A stretch of DNA of 64,000 bases from Lama glama (Eukaryota): the NCBI GenBank assembly GCA_028534125.1, contig CM052816.1:71984001-72048000 (forward strand). The letters are read 5' to 3'. Within the stretch, counting starts at the first letter, position 1. Each line of letters starts with the position of its first letter. Below are positions 52,101 through 64,000 of this stretch, piece by piece. A program made the translations under genes and the position numbers. Below the pieces are notes generated by a model. That model was not told the origin of the DNA. It ran no database searches and was given only the letters and a program-made list of their open reading frames with translations.

Positions 52101-55100
52101 AACAACCGAGTTGAGGTTCAGTTATTTTTCTTATTTCCAGAGGGGATTTCTAGGTCCTGTTTGCAAACAGCCACCATTTTGTTATAGTGAATTTGCAAAA
52201 CAAGGTTTCAATATATTATTTATGCTCAGTTTGTAGTTTAGTACCATTGTGGTAGAAGACCAGTCACTGAAGGGAGTGTCCATAGCATACAATAACACTG
52301 TTTTTGACAGCAATATTTTCACATTATATCTCTCAATATGTTCATTCAAAAATATTTGCTGCCAACTTATTCAGGGTGGTGGAGGATAACAAAAATAAAT
52401 ATAAAAAGTATTTTAGTTGGAGGAGAGTCCATTCTAATGGAAGAAATGAGGCAAGCCTGGTGCTGTTACCTACAGCAGAATGTGATGGAATCCACAAGAA
52501 ATACTCGAGTTAATGGCTATGAAACTGCATGGAAGAAGGAGACTGCATCTGGCAATAGGCTTCGGAGAAGAGACAGGATTTCCTTTGAGATTTTTAAGAA
52601 AAGAGGATTAAGGCTAACTGATCTGACAGTGGGAATGGGTAGAATGATTTGAATCAAAGAGGAACAGTGGGAAGAAAGACATAAAATTAACAAATGTCCA
52701 AGGTTTAGTGGATTCAGGCATTAATGGGGAACCTGGTTTGACTGAAAATAAAAGTCATGTGAAGTGATTTTGTGTTATGTAAATAAAGACAGAAATGGTT
52801 TAGTTTTTTTCACAGGGGGCCTGAATGCTCTGCGAGGATGTGTGGTCCATATGGTAATGAGAACCCATAGGCTTTCTGAGTAGATAGCACTCTGACAAAG
52901 AGGTTTTCAAGGCTCGCTGAGAGGTTTCCTTCCATGTACCCATTATTACATCATGCAGCATCTTGGATTGTAACTGTCTCTATATGGACTCTCTTAAAGA
53001 TTGTAAACTCTTTTAAGGCAGGAACCACTTGTTCAGAGTGAAAGATGAGCATCTGAAGAACACCTGATACAGAGTCTGGTACATATCATAGGCTAAAACG
53101 AAAAAAAGTGTTTTGAAGAGATAAATGAAAATATTAGGGCTCCCACTTTATTGTAGCAGTGCAGGGGAGCAGAGATATTTTGGATGGAGACAGGACGATT
53201 TTTGGAGACTTAGTGGATGTCATGGGGATGAGAGATGGTTTTCAACCTGGTGAGTTTGGGAATGAAGATGCCTAGAACAGAAATGAGGTGCTCAGTGAGC
53301 CCTCAGCACTGCTATTTTGATGAGAAATGTGCTGGTGCCCTCTTCCTAGTACTCATCCTTGGAACTACGCACGCTGAAATAGCATTCCCAATCCCTGTAA
53401 ACAGGTGTTAATCCGACATTACAGAACAGTCAATATGTTTATGAGTTAATATTTGCTTACTCGTATTTTAGAAACTCTCATATACTACAAAGTGAATCAT
53501 GCATTTGTTGGAGGCCCTTTGAATGTCTATATGCAGCTTAGTATCTTGCCTTTTGTCTAACATGTGAACAGTCCCTTTCACTCTCAACAAATTGTGGAAA
53601 CTCCCATAAGTAGAATGGAAAGAAAATGGTGGCTCTCTTATTCATTAAATTATTATATTACATATGGTAATAATTGTTGCATTATTTATGGTAATAAATG
53701 ATGACTCTTCCCTGTTACTTTCCCCACAGCACCCTGGTTGGGTAGCAGAAGTGGAGAAAGGATGAAAGAAGTGAAGAGAGACCGCAGTCACCTTCAGCCC
53801 AAAGCGGCTGGACTCACTCTTTGTTTTGTCACTTTTTTCAGTAATACTAATAATAATTTAAATATTATTTAATTGCAAGGTTTTAAAAAATTAAACACTT
53901 AATGTTTAACAGGTTAAATTTATGAAGTTAAGCATTACATTAACAAAGAAAGATTATTGGTGGTGTAGGTAATGTTCAGGAATGCAATTTTTTATACAAA
54001 AAGCCCAAGTAATGGTGGTAACTATAAATCAGTCCTCCAAAACTACAAAGTACTGCAGGAATTTGGAGCAAGAAGACATCACTTATGGCTGGGTGATCTA
54101 AAAAGTATTCATGTACTTGAGGGTACGCAAGATTGGCCTTGAATTATGGATAGATTTGCAAAAGGCAGAAAACTCAAGGAAAAAGATTCCAAATAATAAA
54201 TTGCAGAAAGCTATACTGTTCCACGGCTGCTGCATATAAGAACTAGAAAATTGGCTATGCTGTAAGCTTACACCTATTAAGAAATATGCATCCCAGAAGT
54301 TAACCAGGAAACACATAAAGAATCGAAATGGTCCCAATTACAAAGGTGCAAAAATTAAGTTAGATGTCACAGATAACTGTGTGTAATATAATTCAGGTTC
54401 ACTGCAATTTATACCATGTTAGAAGAATGCAATTCCTTTGGAAAGAACCTTATTTCCTCACTGACTTATAATTATAGATATGCTTAATTCCATCACTAAT
54501 TTAGTTTTATTGGTGATGAGTATTAGCACTTTAGCTTAAAGTATCTCTCTTTCTTGTATGTCAAGTAGTTAATGACCTGTAAATGAACTCTTAAATATGC
54601 TAAGGAAGCTCATTATTTAAGGTAATTATTTAGTAAAGCAATGATCCTTTGGTTATGCAAATTAGTGACATTAAATTATAAATACGTAAGTATCCAGTTT
54701 TATGTTTCATTTCAGGCCCTCAAAATGACCTTCTAATCCAGGTACTGCTTGCTCCAAAGTCAAGATGAGTAGCGCGAAGATGAAAATACATAATTCAAGG
54801 GGGACAGAATAGAAATCCATGGATTTCTCCATTTCCTGCAGGTGATGGAGCTGGAGCCCACGATGATGATGACGATGATGTTAGCCTTGCTTGTTATATT
54901 CCCCCTGCTGGGTAGTTGTTTAGCTTTATGAATCTATGAATGCCAATTATAAGATTTTTTTGGCTTGAACATCACTATTTGAAGACCACCTTCATCGGAC
55001 AGACATTTGTAATTTACTTTTCGTCTGAGCATACTAAGTGCCAAACACTTACTAGGTGATGGAAATAATCTGTGCCTGGTGGCACGGAAGAGGGTGATGG

Positions 55101-55876
55101 GAGAAAGCAGCAGACAGGTCAATCCACCTTCTCACTGTGCGCGAGATAATGTAGGTAAGTGACGGTCAAACACGCTGAGAAGATGTAGAAGAACCATCTG
55201 GTCCAGACTGGGAGTACAAGAGTTTGAAAGAAGTGAAAACTGACTGAGGGCCAAGAGTGAAAGTTGGAGGTGGGGAGTGGAGCCGTCTTAGGCAGAGAGA
55301 AAAAGCAAGTGAGAGGAGGTGAGTCGCACAGGCTGCCCTCTGACTGCAAATGACCCAGTGTGGTTCCAACGCTGAGTGTAACGATCACAGAGGTGGTGGT
55401 GAAAAATGAGGCTGGAGAAGAAAGAGGGAAGCAAGAAGTTTTTATTTTATGGAGTGATAAATTGGGAGACAATGATTTTAAGTAAGGGGTTTCTAAAATC
55501 ACATTTGCATTTTAGAAAGATCACATTAGCTTCAGCGTGATGAAAGGTGGGGGGTCAAGCCAGTGGTGATATTAAAAATATCTAGTAGTCTATTTAGTAG
55601 GGACCAAAGTGTAGAAGGGTCTTCTGTGTCCAGAGTTAACCCTTTAGTTGCTGCATCTGGGCATGTGGGACTCAAGGCAGTGTCTCTTTACTAACACAGA
55701 CCTAACTTCCAGAATCCTGACAGTCATAAGGCTGTACCCATACATGCTAGCTGAATGTCTGCTCTGGGGAGAGGGCTCTGGTATTCAATAGTCAAGGAGA
55801 ATCACTGGAATATAATGATATAAACCACATAAAAGTTAACAGAAGAAGTTACAGGAGAGATCAAGAAAATTGTGCA

Positions 55877-56232
55877 GTCAGAGAAAGAAAAATACCATAT
55901 GATATCGCTTATATGTGGAATCTAAAAACGGGGACACAAATGGACTTATCTACAAAACAGAAACAGACTCACAGGCATAGAAAACAAACTTACGGTTACC
56001 AGAGGGTGAAGGAGGTGGGAAGGGATAAATTGGGAATTCAAAAATTGCACCTCTTGGGGAGTGATGGAAATGTTAGCTATCTTGATTGTGGTGGTGGTTT
56101 CATGGGGTATACATCTATCAAAAGTCATCAACTTGTACACCTGAAATATGTGTAGTTTACCATACAGGAATCATACAATAAAGGTGCCAAAGTAAATAAA
56201 TAAACACATCCTATAACAAATTAAAAAAAAAA
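55877..56232 (+). mobile_element. Chimeric L1-derived retroposed insertion (young L1 3'UTR segment fused to an ancient L1M-type 3' end), inserted in an L2
   Basis: 55877-56049 matches the reverse complement of ~1040-1215. 56050-56200 resembles an older L1M tail. Poly(A) at 56223-56232. TSD aagaaaattg(aa)tgca at 55863-55876 and 56233-56248. Confidence 0.7.
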
Positions 56233-56677
56233 AAGAAAATTGAATGCACTCAAGACACTCAAAAAAGAGGAATTGAAATGACCTGACTATAGATTGGTGG
56301 GGACTGAGTGGCAGGGAGGGAATGGGGGTGACTTGTCTCCTGGCTTGAGTGAACAGGTGGATGGTGGGGTTCACTGGTTCTTGGAGAGGAGTGCAAGAGG
56401 AGAATCGAATGGTGGGGGTGGGAACACTGGTTAGAGTTATTTGAGGTATCCTAGGAGCACCAAGGAACAGATGCTTGTTTGCCAGTATTTGATCACATGA
56501 ATTTGAAGCTCAGGGGAGAGACAGGGACAAGAGCTGCAGGTTTAGGAGTCTAACAGACTCCACAGTGGGAGATGGAGTCATCACAGTGGACAGTGCCTTC
56601 CAAGCAGGGTGTGAAGGGTAAAGTGCTACCATCCTAGGCGATGAGTTTTCAGTGTTCCCCAGGCTACAGTGCATTGG

Positions 56678-56680
<3 letters not shown>

Positions 56681-56718
<38 letters not shown>
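56681..56718. repeat. (CA)19 microsatellite
   Basis: Direct inspection. Confidence 0.95.
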
Positions 56719-56719
<1 letters not shown>

Positions 56720-59388
56720 CTTGACAATCTGATAGATCTGGGAAATGGTAAGTCACATCAAAACAGACACAAGACTTGCTGAACTACTACAACCATCCTC
56801 TTACAGATCTCAGTATTTAGCAGGCCTAGTTCTACAGGATGGTGAGGTGTGTACACAAACATGTCCCCTTGTGGTCCAGAGCACCCCGCTCCATATTTCC
56901 CCTTCATGTGGCTAAATATGTGCTTTTAGGCTTCTTGGTGTAGAGAGAGCATTGCCAGACCATAGTCTTCAGTTGGTCCCCTCTTTCCAGAATCCTAAAA
57001 GGAATAAGGGAGTTGGAATTGATCCCCAATACAGTCCAGGGGAAAATCATTCTCAATTTGTATTAAGTTATTCTCAACATATAAATTGCATCTCTCATTT
57101 CCTAATTTATTGCTTTTTCCTAGATCCTGTCTCTTCCATCCATTCTTTTTCTCCGTTCCTCCTCTCCAGGCCTTTGTACTTGTCAGAATTGCTAAAACTG
57201 ACTTCTAACGTTTCTTGCTTTCTACCTCTCACTGAAATCCTTCTGATACAGCTGCCAGCATGCTTCCAAAACTCCACTTTCCTGATGTCACTCACCCAAG
57301 GGCTGACAATGATTTTTCCATTGCCAACTACATCAACGGCAGACTTCTTTCCTTCCAGATTCTCAATGGTATTTAGACTCCCTGATACAGTGTATCAAGG
57401 CAACTGGACCTGACTCTTCACTGACTCTTCCCATTAGTCTGCTGTAATTCTCACATCTGCTCTCCATCCAGCTGGGATGCCAGTAATAAACACGGTTAAT
57501 TAGGAAGAGCGCAAAGATGAGCTTCAGGAACCCTGACCTCAGTTTGGAGCCGAGTGATCCCTTTGGCAAGGTGTTTACTTCTCATCTATAAGACATAAAA
57601 ATATCTCCTACCACATTTCACAGAGCTATTTTGATGGGAAAATGAGACAATCTGTGTGAAAATGCTTTCTAGATTATTAAGTACTACATAAAGCAAATCC
57701 TGTCGAATCAAAAATTTCTCTTCTCTGAAATTCAAGAATACATGGTTTTTAAACTATATATTTGGCACCTTTGAAATTTTTAGTCTTCTTTGATACAAGT
57801 CACTACTATTTGAAAAAATGAAAAAGAGGGACCTAAAAGATGAGAACAGAAATAGAGGCCAAATAGCAAACTCTCATGGATTCTCAACTCTGGCTTTCAA
57901 AAACACAAAACAAAACAAAACAAACACCAGCCTGTGTAATTTCTAAGTTAACTTCAAACGTAGAACTACAAACTACTCTTTTCAGCTATATTCCTATGAG
58001 GAGAAATGTCATTCCCTGTCAGAGGGAATGACAGCTCCAGGCATTGGTAAGATTGCGCCATGAAGTCAAAAAGATGAAATCATCAAAATTTTGGCTGAGG
58101 AATCAAAAACTATAAACTCAAAGCAGTAACTGCTTTCTAACATTTATATTACCTACAAAGCAAAGCAAAAGCAGATGTACAAGCCAATCACTGTAACTTT
58201 GTCGCAAAAAGATTATGACAAGTGGTGAATAAATGGAAATTAGTAACACATTGCTCATTCACACTAATTTAAGGATTAAGCGTCTTTTTAACAAAGGATT
58301 AAATAATCAAAATGTCCTTTGGATTGCAGTTTTTATTTCAGTGAATGTGAAAGTATTTATGAGTTTTTGGAGGTTCACTCAAGATTCTTGCATCTGTACA
58401 CCTACTTTCCTTCCTGTACCAATTGTCCTTCCATCTTTGTTTTAAAGACCTTTGTCCGCAGGTTGGGGACAGTCTGTTAAGCATCTTGCTAATGCCCATG
58501 GTCCTCCATGGTCTTTCTCCCATCGCTCTGATGTAGGTGACCTGTTCCTTCCCTGAGTGGTGCTTACACGACTGGTCTTTTCCATTCAGCATCATTGGCC
58601 TTGTGCTGCTCATGAACTATTTCAAATGTGTGTGTTTTCCTTTCCCAAGTGGACTGAAGGCTCCTGAGGCCAACACAAAATCTAATACTCCGTTATCCCT
58701 TATACTGACTGTCAAGATGCATACTAGACTTTAACAAGTATTTCTAGAGTAAAATCTAGAGTGAAAACAAGTCTAAAAAATACAAGTTTGTTATCTATGG
58801 TTTTCAGCTATAAATTTAACATGAGTAAAATGCTATTTTATTTATTATGATGATATACACTTAGCTCCTCATAAATATTTACCATTCATGTGTTGAGAGA
58901 ACCGTACTTAGTTATAGACTACTGTCTTACTCAGTTAATGAAAGGTATTTTATAAAAAGGTGTGCTTTAAAAATCATTTTCCAATTACTAATCAAGTCAG
59001 AAATGCTTCAAAAATTCAGAACAGTTCACTTGAAATGCTCCATTTGGCTTACGTGTTTTATAAACAGAGCATACTTACAAAATGTACAAAAATCTTGTGC
59101 TTGAATCCTGTATTTCTTGACAGACCCTGAAATTCAAATGGTACTCACATGACCAATTAAGTTGATGGCAACTACTTGGGGAATACTGGCAAGAAGAATT
59201 ATTTTCTTTTATTCCCTCTTATTTTAAAAGTATTTTTCAGTGAATAGGGCAACCTCATGCTTTAGAGTTTGCTGAAAACTTCAAATATCTAGTCCCCAGA
59301 AGCAAGATTTATCACAAGGAGCATCTAAGGCCTAAGCGAGTTTTCAAAATAGTGCCCACATATACCAGACTTGGTGAACAAATTCAGA

Positions 59389-59394
59389 TTTATT
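59389..59394 (-). terminator. PARP8: Distal polyadenylation signal AATAAA
   Basis: Minus strand reads ...TGTAAATGTTTACTTTC-AATAAA-TCTGAATTTGTTCACCA/AGTCTGGTATATGTGG, with UGUA upstream and GU-rich sequence downstream. Confidence 0.65.
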
Positions 59395-62300
59395 GAAAGT
59401 AAACATTTACATTGGCTACAATGTTATAACTATTACAAAGCTGGATAAAAGAGGCTTAAGTAGCAATAGAAAGCAAGTGCAATAAAAAGTGAATAGAGAA
59501 AATATTTGGCCTTAGTGATCTTTTGGCAGTATTTACATTATGTACAGATCGTTAAATATTTATAATAACTCGAAGGCACTGAAGGCTAAATAGCAAGTTG
59601 CAATACTATTTTGTGCACAAAAGTCAAGAAATGTAATGTAAAGAAGGCTGTATCATTAAAGGAACACAGGCATATCCTGATGTTTACATAAAGGAGTGGC
59701 TGCATTTTTTAAAATTCAACTGATACATTAAATACTGGGCAGATTGAAGAAATTATTTTTAGACCATTAAATTATGTTGACTATGTAAATAAGCACTATT
59801 TTTTACTGACTTGCTGGTAAATGTGTAATGTAATCTATTCTTCAACACAGCTTTTTCACACTCATGGATATGTTTTGTCTAAAAACTACTTGAAATTCTT
59901 TTGAACTACAAAAACTTACCCTAATATATCATAGTGTATACAAAATTACCAAGAAAAATGTACTGGGTAATAATATACATCAAATGTATATATAATCGGA
60001 CAAAAATTTAGCTGACATTCAATGCCAGAATACTTGAGTATTCAATCTGCCATTCTGGCTTAGCAGTTGGGCATCTCAGTTCTTTAATTGCTTACATTGG
60101 GCAAATTCTCTGTGACTTTAAGTGAACGGACATAAAATTGGCCCATGTGGAAAACCAATCCTAAAAGAGAATGAATTAATTTCAAATTTTGCAACTTGAA
60201 GCCCCTTCACAAAACCCATTGGGTGATAATTATGTTACTCATCACTGGTGACTGGAATATTCATATTACTGCATTGTCCAGAGGTAACTAACAATATAGA
60301 TCCAGCATGGTTCTGACTGAATTATTTGATGACTTCCATTTGTAAAATTTTGTTTGTTCCTTATACTGGAAACCCAATTTATCTTAACAAACAGATGATC
60401 ATTTGTCTTGAGGTAGTGTAATAATGAAGAATTCAGCAGGACAACAGAATAACATCGTAATATTTTAAAAATGTGCTTCAAGCGCCACCATGAAATCCAC
60501 ATATTTGGATGGTAGACAGTCCAAGGTTGAAGGGCCCTTCATGACATATTAAATCACCACCTGATGAAGTCATCCAGACTTCAACAAGGATGATGAAGTT
60601 TTCCTTTGAACTTTCTGAAACCCCATGCCCTAAGGCAAGTTATGGTATTACGGTATAAAGTACTGCTTAAAATTCCTTCAGTGATATTAAAGATTCATAG
60701 ACTTTACATATTAAGTTTCCTTTCTTTTAGGGGAAAGGGGAGAATAATTGAGGGATTTCTTTTCTAAACTCTTAAATTTTTCAATGAGAAACATTTGGAG
60801 CATTAACAATAGTTTGGCTTAGTTTCTTACATTACACAGGATTTGATAGTAAATTTAAGGATGTCGCATTCATATTTAAAATTTAAATTTGAAGACCACC
60901 TTCAAATCCAACATTTGTCTGAGATCTACTGAGCAACAAAATAAAAATCTTTTCAACATAATGCAATCTAAGGCACCAGAAGTACCTTACATAATGTATT
61001 CCATAGCACTAGGTTGTATGTATTCTACTGAATACTTTTTTCTCTTCTTGAATGCTCAACCATTTTCTTCTCTTATTAAGTATATGGACAATGAAAGAGG
61101 ACAAATTATTCATAGTGAAATGTTTACAAGATCAGTAATGCAGGGGAAGAGTAGAACTAACAAATTAAGGTCCTTCTTCCCCTACTTCAAGAATGAAAAT
61201 AAATGACTGTCTTTGCTCAACGGGTTAATATTAAGTAGTAATGGATACACAATTAATAGAATTATGACAAAGCATTAGTGAACAGACGTGAAATGATGAT
61301 ATAAATGCAGTACAATATCACACGTTTAGAATCATCAGGTTAAGTCAAATGATATCATCTTAACAGGGTTGACTGAATCAAGGCATGATCATATTTAAAC
61401 TTATACATTTTAAGGACCTGCTTGGATTTTGAAAGGTTGACTTTTCATTTACTAAAGGTGGGTACTGAAATCAGATTCTTTAGAAATAAAGATAAGCATC
61501 AGTATGCTATAATATTCTCAATATCAACAGGCCAGTTAAAAGATTGGCTTTACTTACAATATTGGCTTACAAAGGCTTTGACACAATTTTTCAAAACAAA
61601 CTAAAATCTGTCATTCTGCACTGCAAGAACATTCAGTTAACTACCATGAGAAGACATCTAATTATCATAAAAGATGTCCGTTATCTATAGTATTTAATGG
61701 GCACTAAAACTATCAACGACTTTCCTTTCTCTGATAGATGAATCTATTTTTATTCTTAAGTTGGCAGTAGAAATTTGCACTGTGGAGTTTTGTCTCCCCT
61801 AAACAGTCTCCCTTGAGTCCTCCAAGCTACCCTTCCGGTTAAGATTCTAATACTATATACCTCCTTACAGATCACTCAACTGTTAAGTAAACTGAGTGGA
61901 TTAGATCAGTGATTTTTAAATTATGCTTGGAGGCACTAGAGAGAGTTTTTGGAGGTGCTTCAGTGGTTCTAGTGGCCAAACAGGTTGGGTTCCAAAATTT
62001 CAGTTTCTAAATTCTGCTATTACATCCTCATATTTATGTCATATATAAATGAATGACCCCAAAATTAACTTGAAAAAGTAATTTTGTTGCTTAAAACTGT
62101 TTTAAAAACACAGTCAAAGGGATCTGGCAGATTTGGGGAGCCTTGGCAGAAAGAAACAAGTAGTCTTCTTGTCCCATGTAAAGTCTTCAAATACCTGGTC
62201 ACAGAAACTAAATAAGATACTGTATCTTGGCCCTACCACACCTATATTATCCTTCAGTCTGGCCTTGAATTCAGAGGCACAAGTCAAAACAGATCAATGT

Positions 62301-63607
62301 TATAAGTGGATCCTTTCACAATGATTAATATCTCAACCACTTCAAGTCTATGTTTGGAGAAATAAGTGGCATATCAATTATTTACAATATAAGAAAACAA
62401 ACGATTAGTAAATACTTCCTAAATAGCAACCCTTAACAATGTGTATGACCTTTGTTCTCACCTTTTACACCAAAGGAAATAAACACAAGAATTTATAACA
62501 TTATACTTGCAAATGAATATACATTTTAATTTTTTTCTGTCTGAATAAATTAGAATCAGATATGAGCCTTGATTCAGGGTCTGAAGAGTGGCAGACTTGC
62601 TAATTAAACTGCTCTCATGAATGGCCTTATTTCAAAACATCATGTAGGAAAATCAACACTGTCACTTAAAACTTACAATGACTAAGAACTTTAGGACCTA
62701 AAGAAACAGAATGGTTTTGATGAGCACATGACTCTTGAAAGGAAAATGCAGAGAGCTGGTGTTACTGTTCTCTGTAAACTTATTTGTGTTCTTTTAATAT
62801 AAAAGAAACTTCAAAGTTTGTCTTCTTTCTCAATATGAAAAAAATAAGCATAAATATTAGATGAAAAAATATAAAAATGCTGGTGTGGTATAAATAAATG
62901 TAAAAAATGTTCATTATAGGAAATAAAAAAAATATATATATACTGTATGTTTAAATTCTGAAGCCTTTCTTTTCAACATATGATCATTCGAATACAGATT
63001 TAGTCCACCAGGGGTGTCTATGATCCCCAAGTCATAACATTATAACGAACTGAATTTTAACCAAAGGGGAAAATTATTTAAACAAATAGAACACTTGCTT
63101 GCAAATATTTTCAGTGAATGAATGGTGGTGAATTTGGCTCATATCTTGGTTTACGTCCAGATTTCCTGCTTACTGAATATTATTTTCTTTTCATTGAATG
63201 AGAAAAGAGTTGTGGAGCTGTGCCATCTCTGTTGTTAAAATACATATATGTGTATGTACACACATATATGCATAACCACACATTCTGATGCATGAATCTA
63301 TAGATATGTATATTACATACTTTTGGGCAAAGCACTGCATCTAAAACCTAGTTGTTTTTGTATAAAGAAAAATAACAGAAGAGGAAACATCCCTCCCCAA
63401 AACATTTGAACGTTCATACTGCTAATTATACAGCACATGAGAATGTGCAAACATTATACTTATTGCAAAGGATCTTACAGATTTAGATGCCAATATAAAA
63501 TGTTCTCAATTCTATTTTGGTGCCCTAAAATGTAGGTATATAATACCAAATTTCCAATTAAAGAGTTTAATATAAAAATATCAGCACAAAACTGTTTTTT
63601 CAATCTG

Positions 63608-63659
63608 TTTATTGTGTGAGCAACCCAAACTTCAGTTTAAGTGCTGTTGTAATTTTATT
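63608..63659 (-). terminator. PARP8: Candidate proximal polyadenylation signals (AATAAA at 63654-63659 and 63608-63613)
   Basis: Two canonical hexamers 210-260 nt after the stop, with U/GU-rich 'CAGTTTTGTGCTG' downstream. Confidence 0.45.
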
Positions 63660-63869
63660 ACTAGATTCCATAACCCTACAATTGATAAATTTTGTACCAT
63701 TTTAGGTATTTAATGAGATACTTAGAAATACTAAGAAAAAAATCAGTATTCAAAGGGTTAATTTTGTTTATAATAACAATAAATTATTTTTATCATCTTC
63801 TTCAGTTCAAAATCCAGCTTTGAACCCGAGGAAGGCTTTCAAATCACGTTAATTTTAAATGGTGGTCCT

Positions 63870-63972
63870 TTAACCAGTAGCAGTTTGATTACCAATTACT
63901 CGAAGGATCTCTTTGTGAATGCCTCCTTCTTGTGTGTTAATATTTGCGTCTCCCACTTGGCCATCCTCATAG
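63870..63972 (-). CDS. PARP8: Last coding exon of protein mono-ADP-ribosyltransferase PARP8 (ARTD16)
   Basis: Polypyrimidine tract and AG acceptor (TTTTGTGTTTTAG, AG at 63974-63973). Phase-2 exon C|TAT GAG GAT... encodes YEDGQVGDANINTQEGGIHKEILRVIGNQTATG*, which I recognise as the PARP8 C-terminus. The paralog PARP6 ends ...NTQDPKIQKEIMRVIGTQVYTN. The exon is too short to appear in the ORF track. Confidence 0.93.
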
Positions 63973-64000
63973 CTAAAACACAAAACATAGAAACATAAAA

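Larger units (their letters stand above)
59370..63869 (-). other. PARP8: PARP8 3'UTR (long isoform, about 4.5 kb)
   Basis: AT-rich, largely repeat-poor sequence contiguous with the stop codon. It ends at an AATAAA (59389-59394) followed by a GU-rich downstream element. The end point is inferred from motifs only. Confidence 0.65.

Noticed and set aside
58007..58033. Hairpin TGTCATTCCCT-gtcag-AGGGAATGACA
   Set aside because: An 11-bp stem is plausible by chance in 64 kb, and nothing in the context supports a function.
219..62324. The many 60-170 aa ORFs in the track as genes
   Set aside because: They have low-complexity or random composition, many start at TTG/GTG, and many overlap repeats on either strand. 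The only recognisable ones are transposon remnants (1335..1541 L1 ORF2, 40202..40387 FLYWCH).
63003..63019. CTCF-like CCACCAGGGGTGTC in the 3'UTR
   Set aside because: It deviates from the GGCGC/GGCAG end of the consensus, and a single imperfect motif is insufficient.
63870..63972. Alternative frame MRMAKWETQILTHKKEAFTKRSFE* in the last exon
   Set aside because: The other frame matches the known PARP8/PARP6-type C-terminus, while this one matches nothing I recognise.
1..64000. Prokaryotic-type systems (CRISPR arrays, operons, defence islands)
   Set aside because: The DNA is mammalian intergenic sequence. There are no regularly spaced direct repeats and no long ORFs.

Overview
This is mammalian genomic DNA, not prokaryotic. 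It is AT-rich and dense in eutherian repeats (L1, L2, MIR, MLT1/MLT2 LTRs, MER44, MER119), and two Vic-1-like tRNA-derived SINEs point to a camelid. The only protein-coding sequence I can support is the terminal coding exon of PARP8 on the minus strand (63972-63870; ...YEDGQVGDANINTQEGGIHKEILRVIGNQTATG*), followed by a 3'UTR of about 4.5 kb ending near 59370. The remaining ~59 kb is intergenic DNA downstream of PARP8, which in human runs toward ISL1. Almost all ORFs in the track are chance or repeat-derived. The most unusual items are: (1) a ~0.9 kb internally deleted Mutator/MULE-type DNA transposon fossil (40012-40905) with ~53-bp TIRs, a FLYWCH remnant and MULE C-terminal motifs; (2) a perfect 45-bp inverted repeat with a 7-nt spacer (11569-11665); (3) a TSD-flanked chimeric L1 insertion (55877-56232); (4) several non-repetitive, motif-dense blocks that are candidate enhancers. 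All repeat family names come from recognition by eye and need RepeatMasker/Dfam confirmation.
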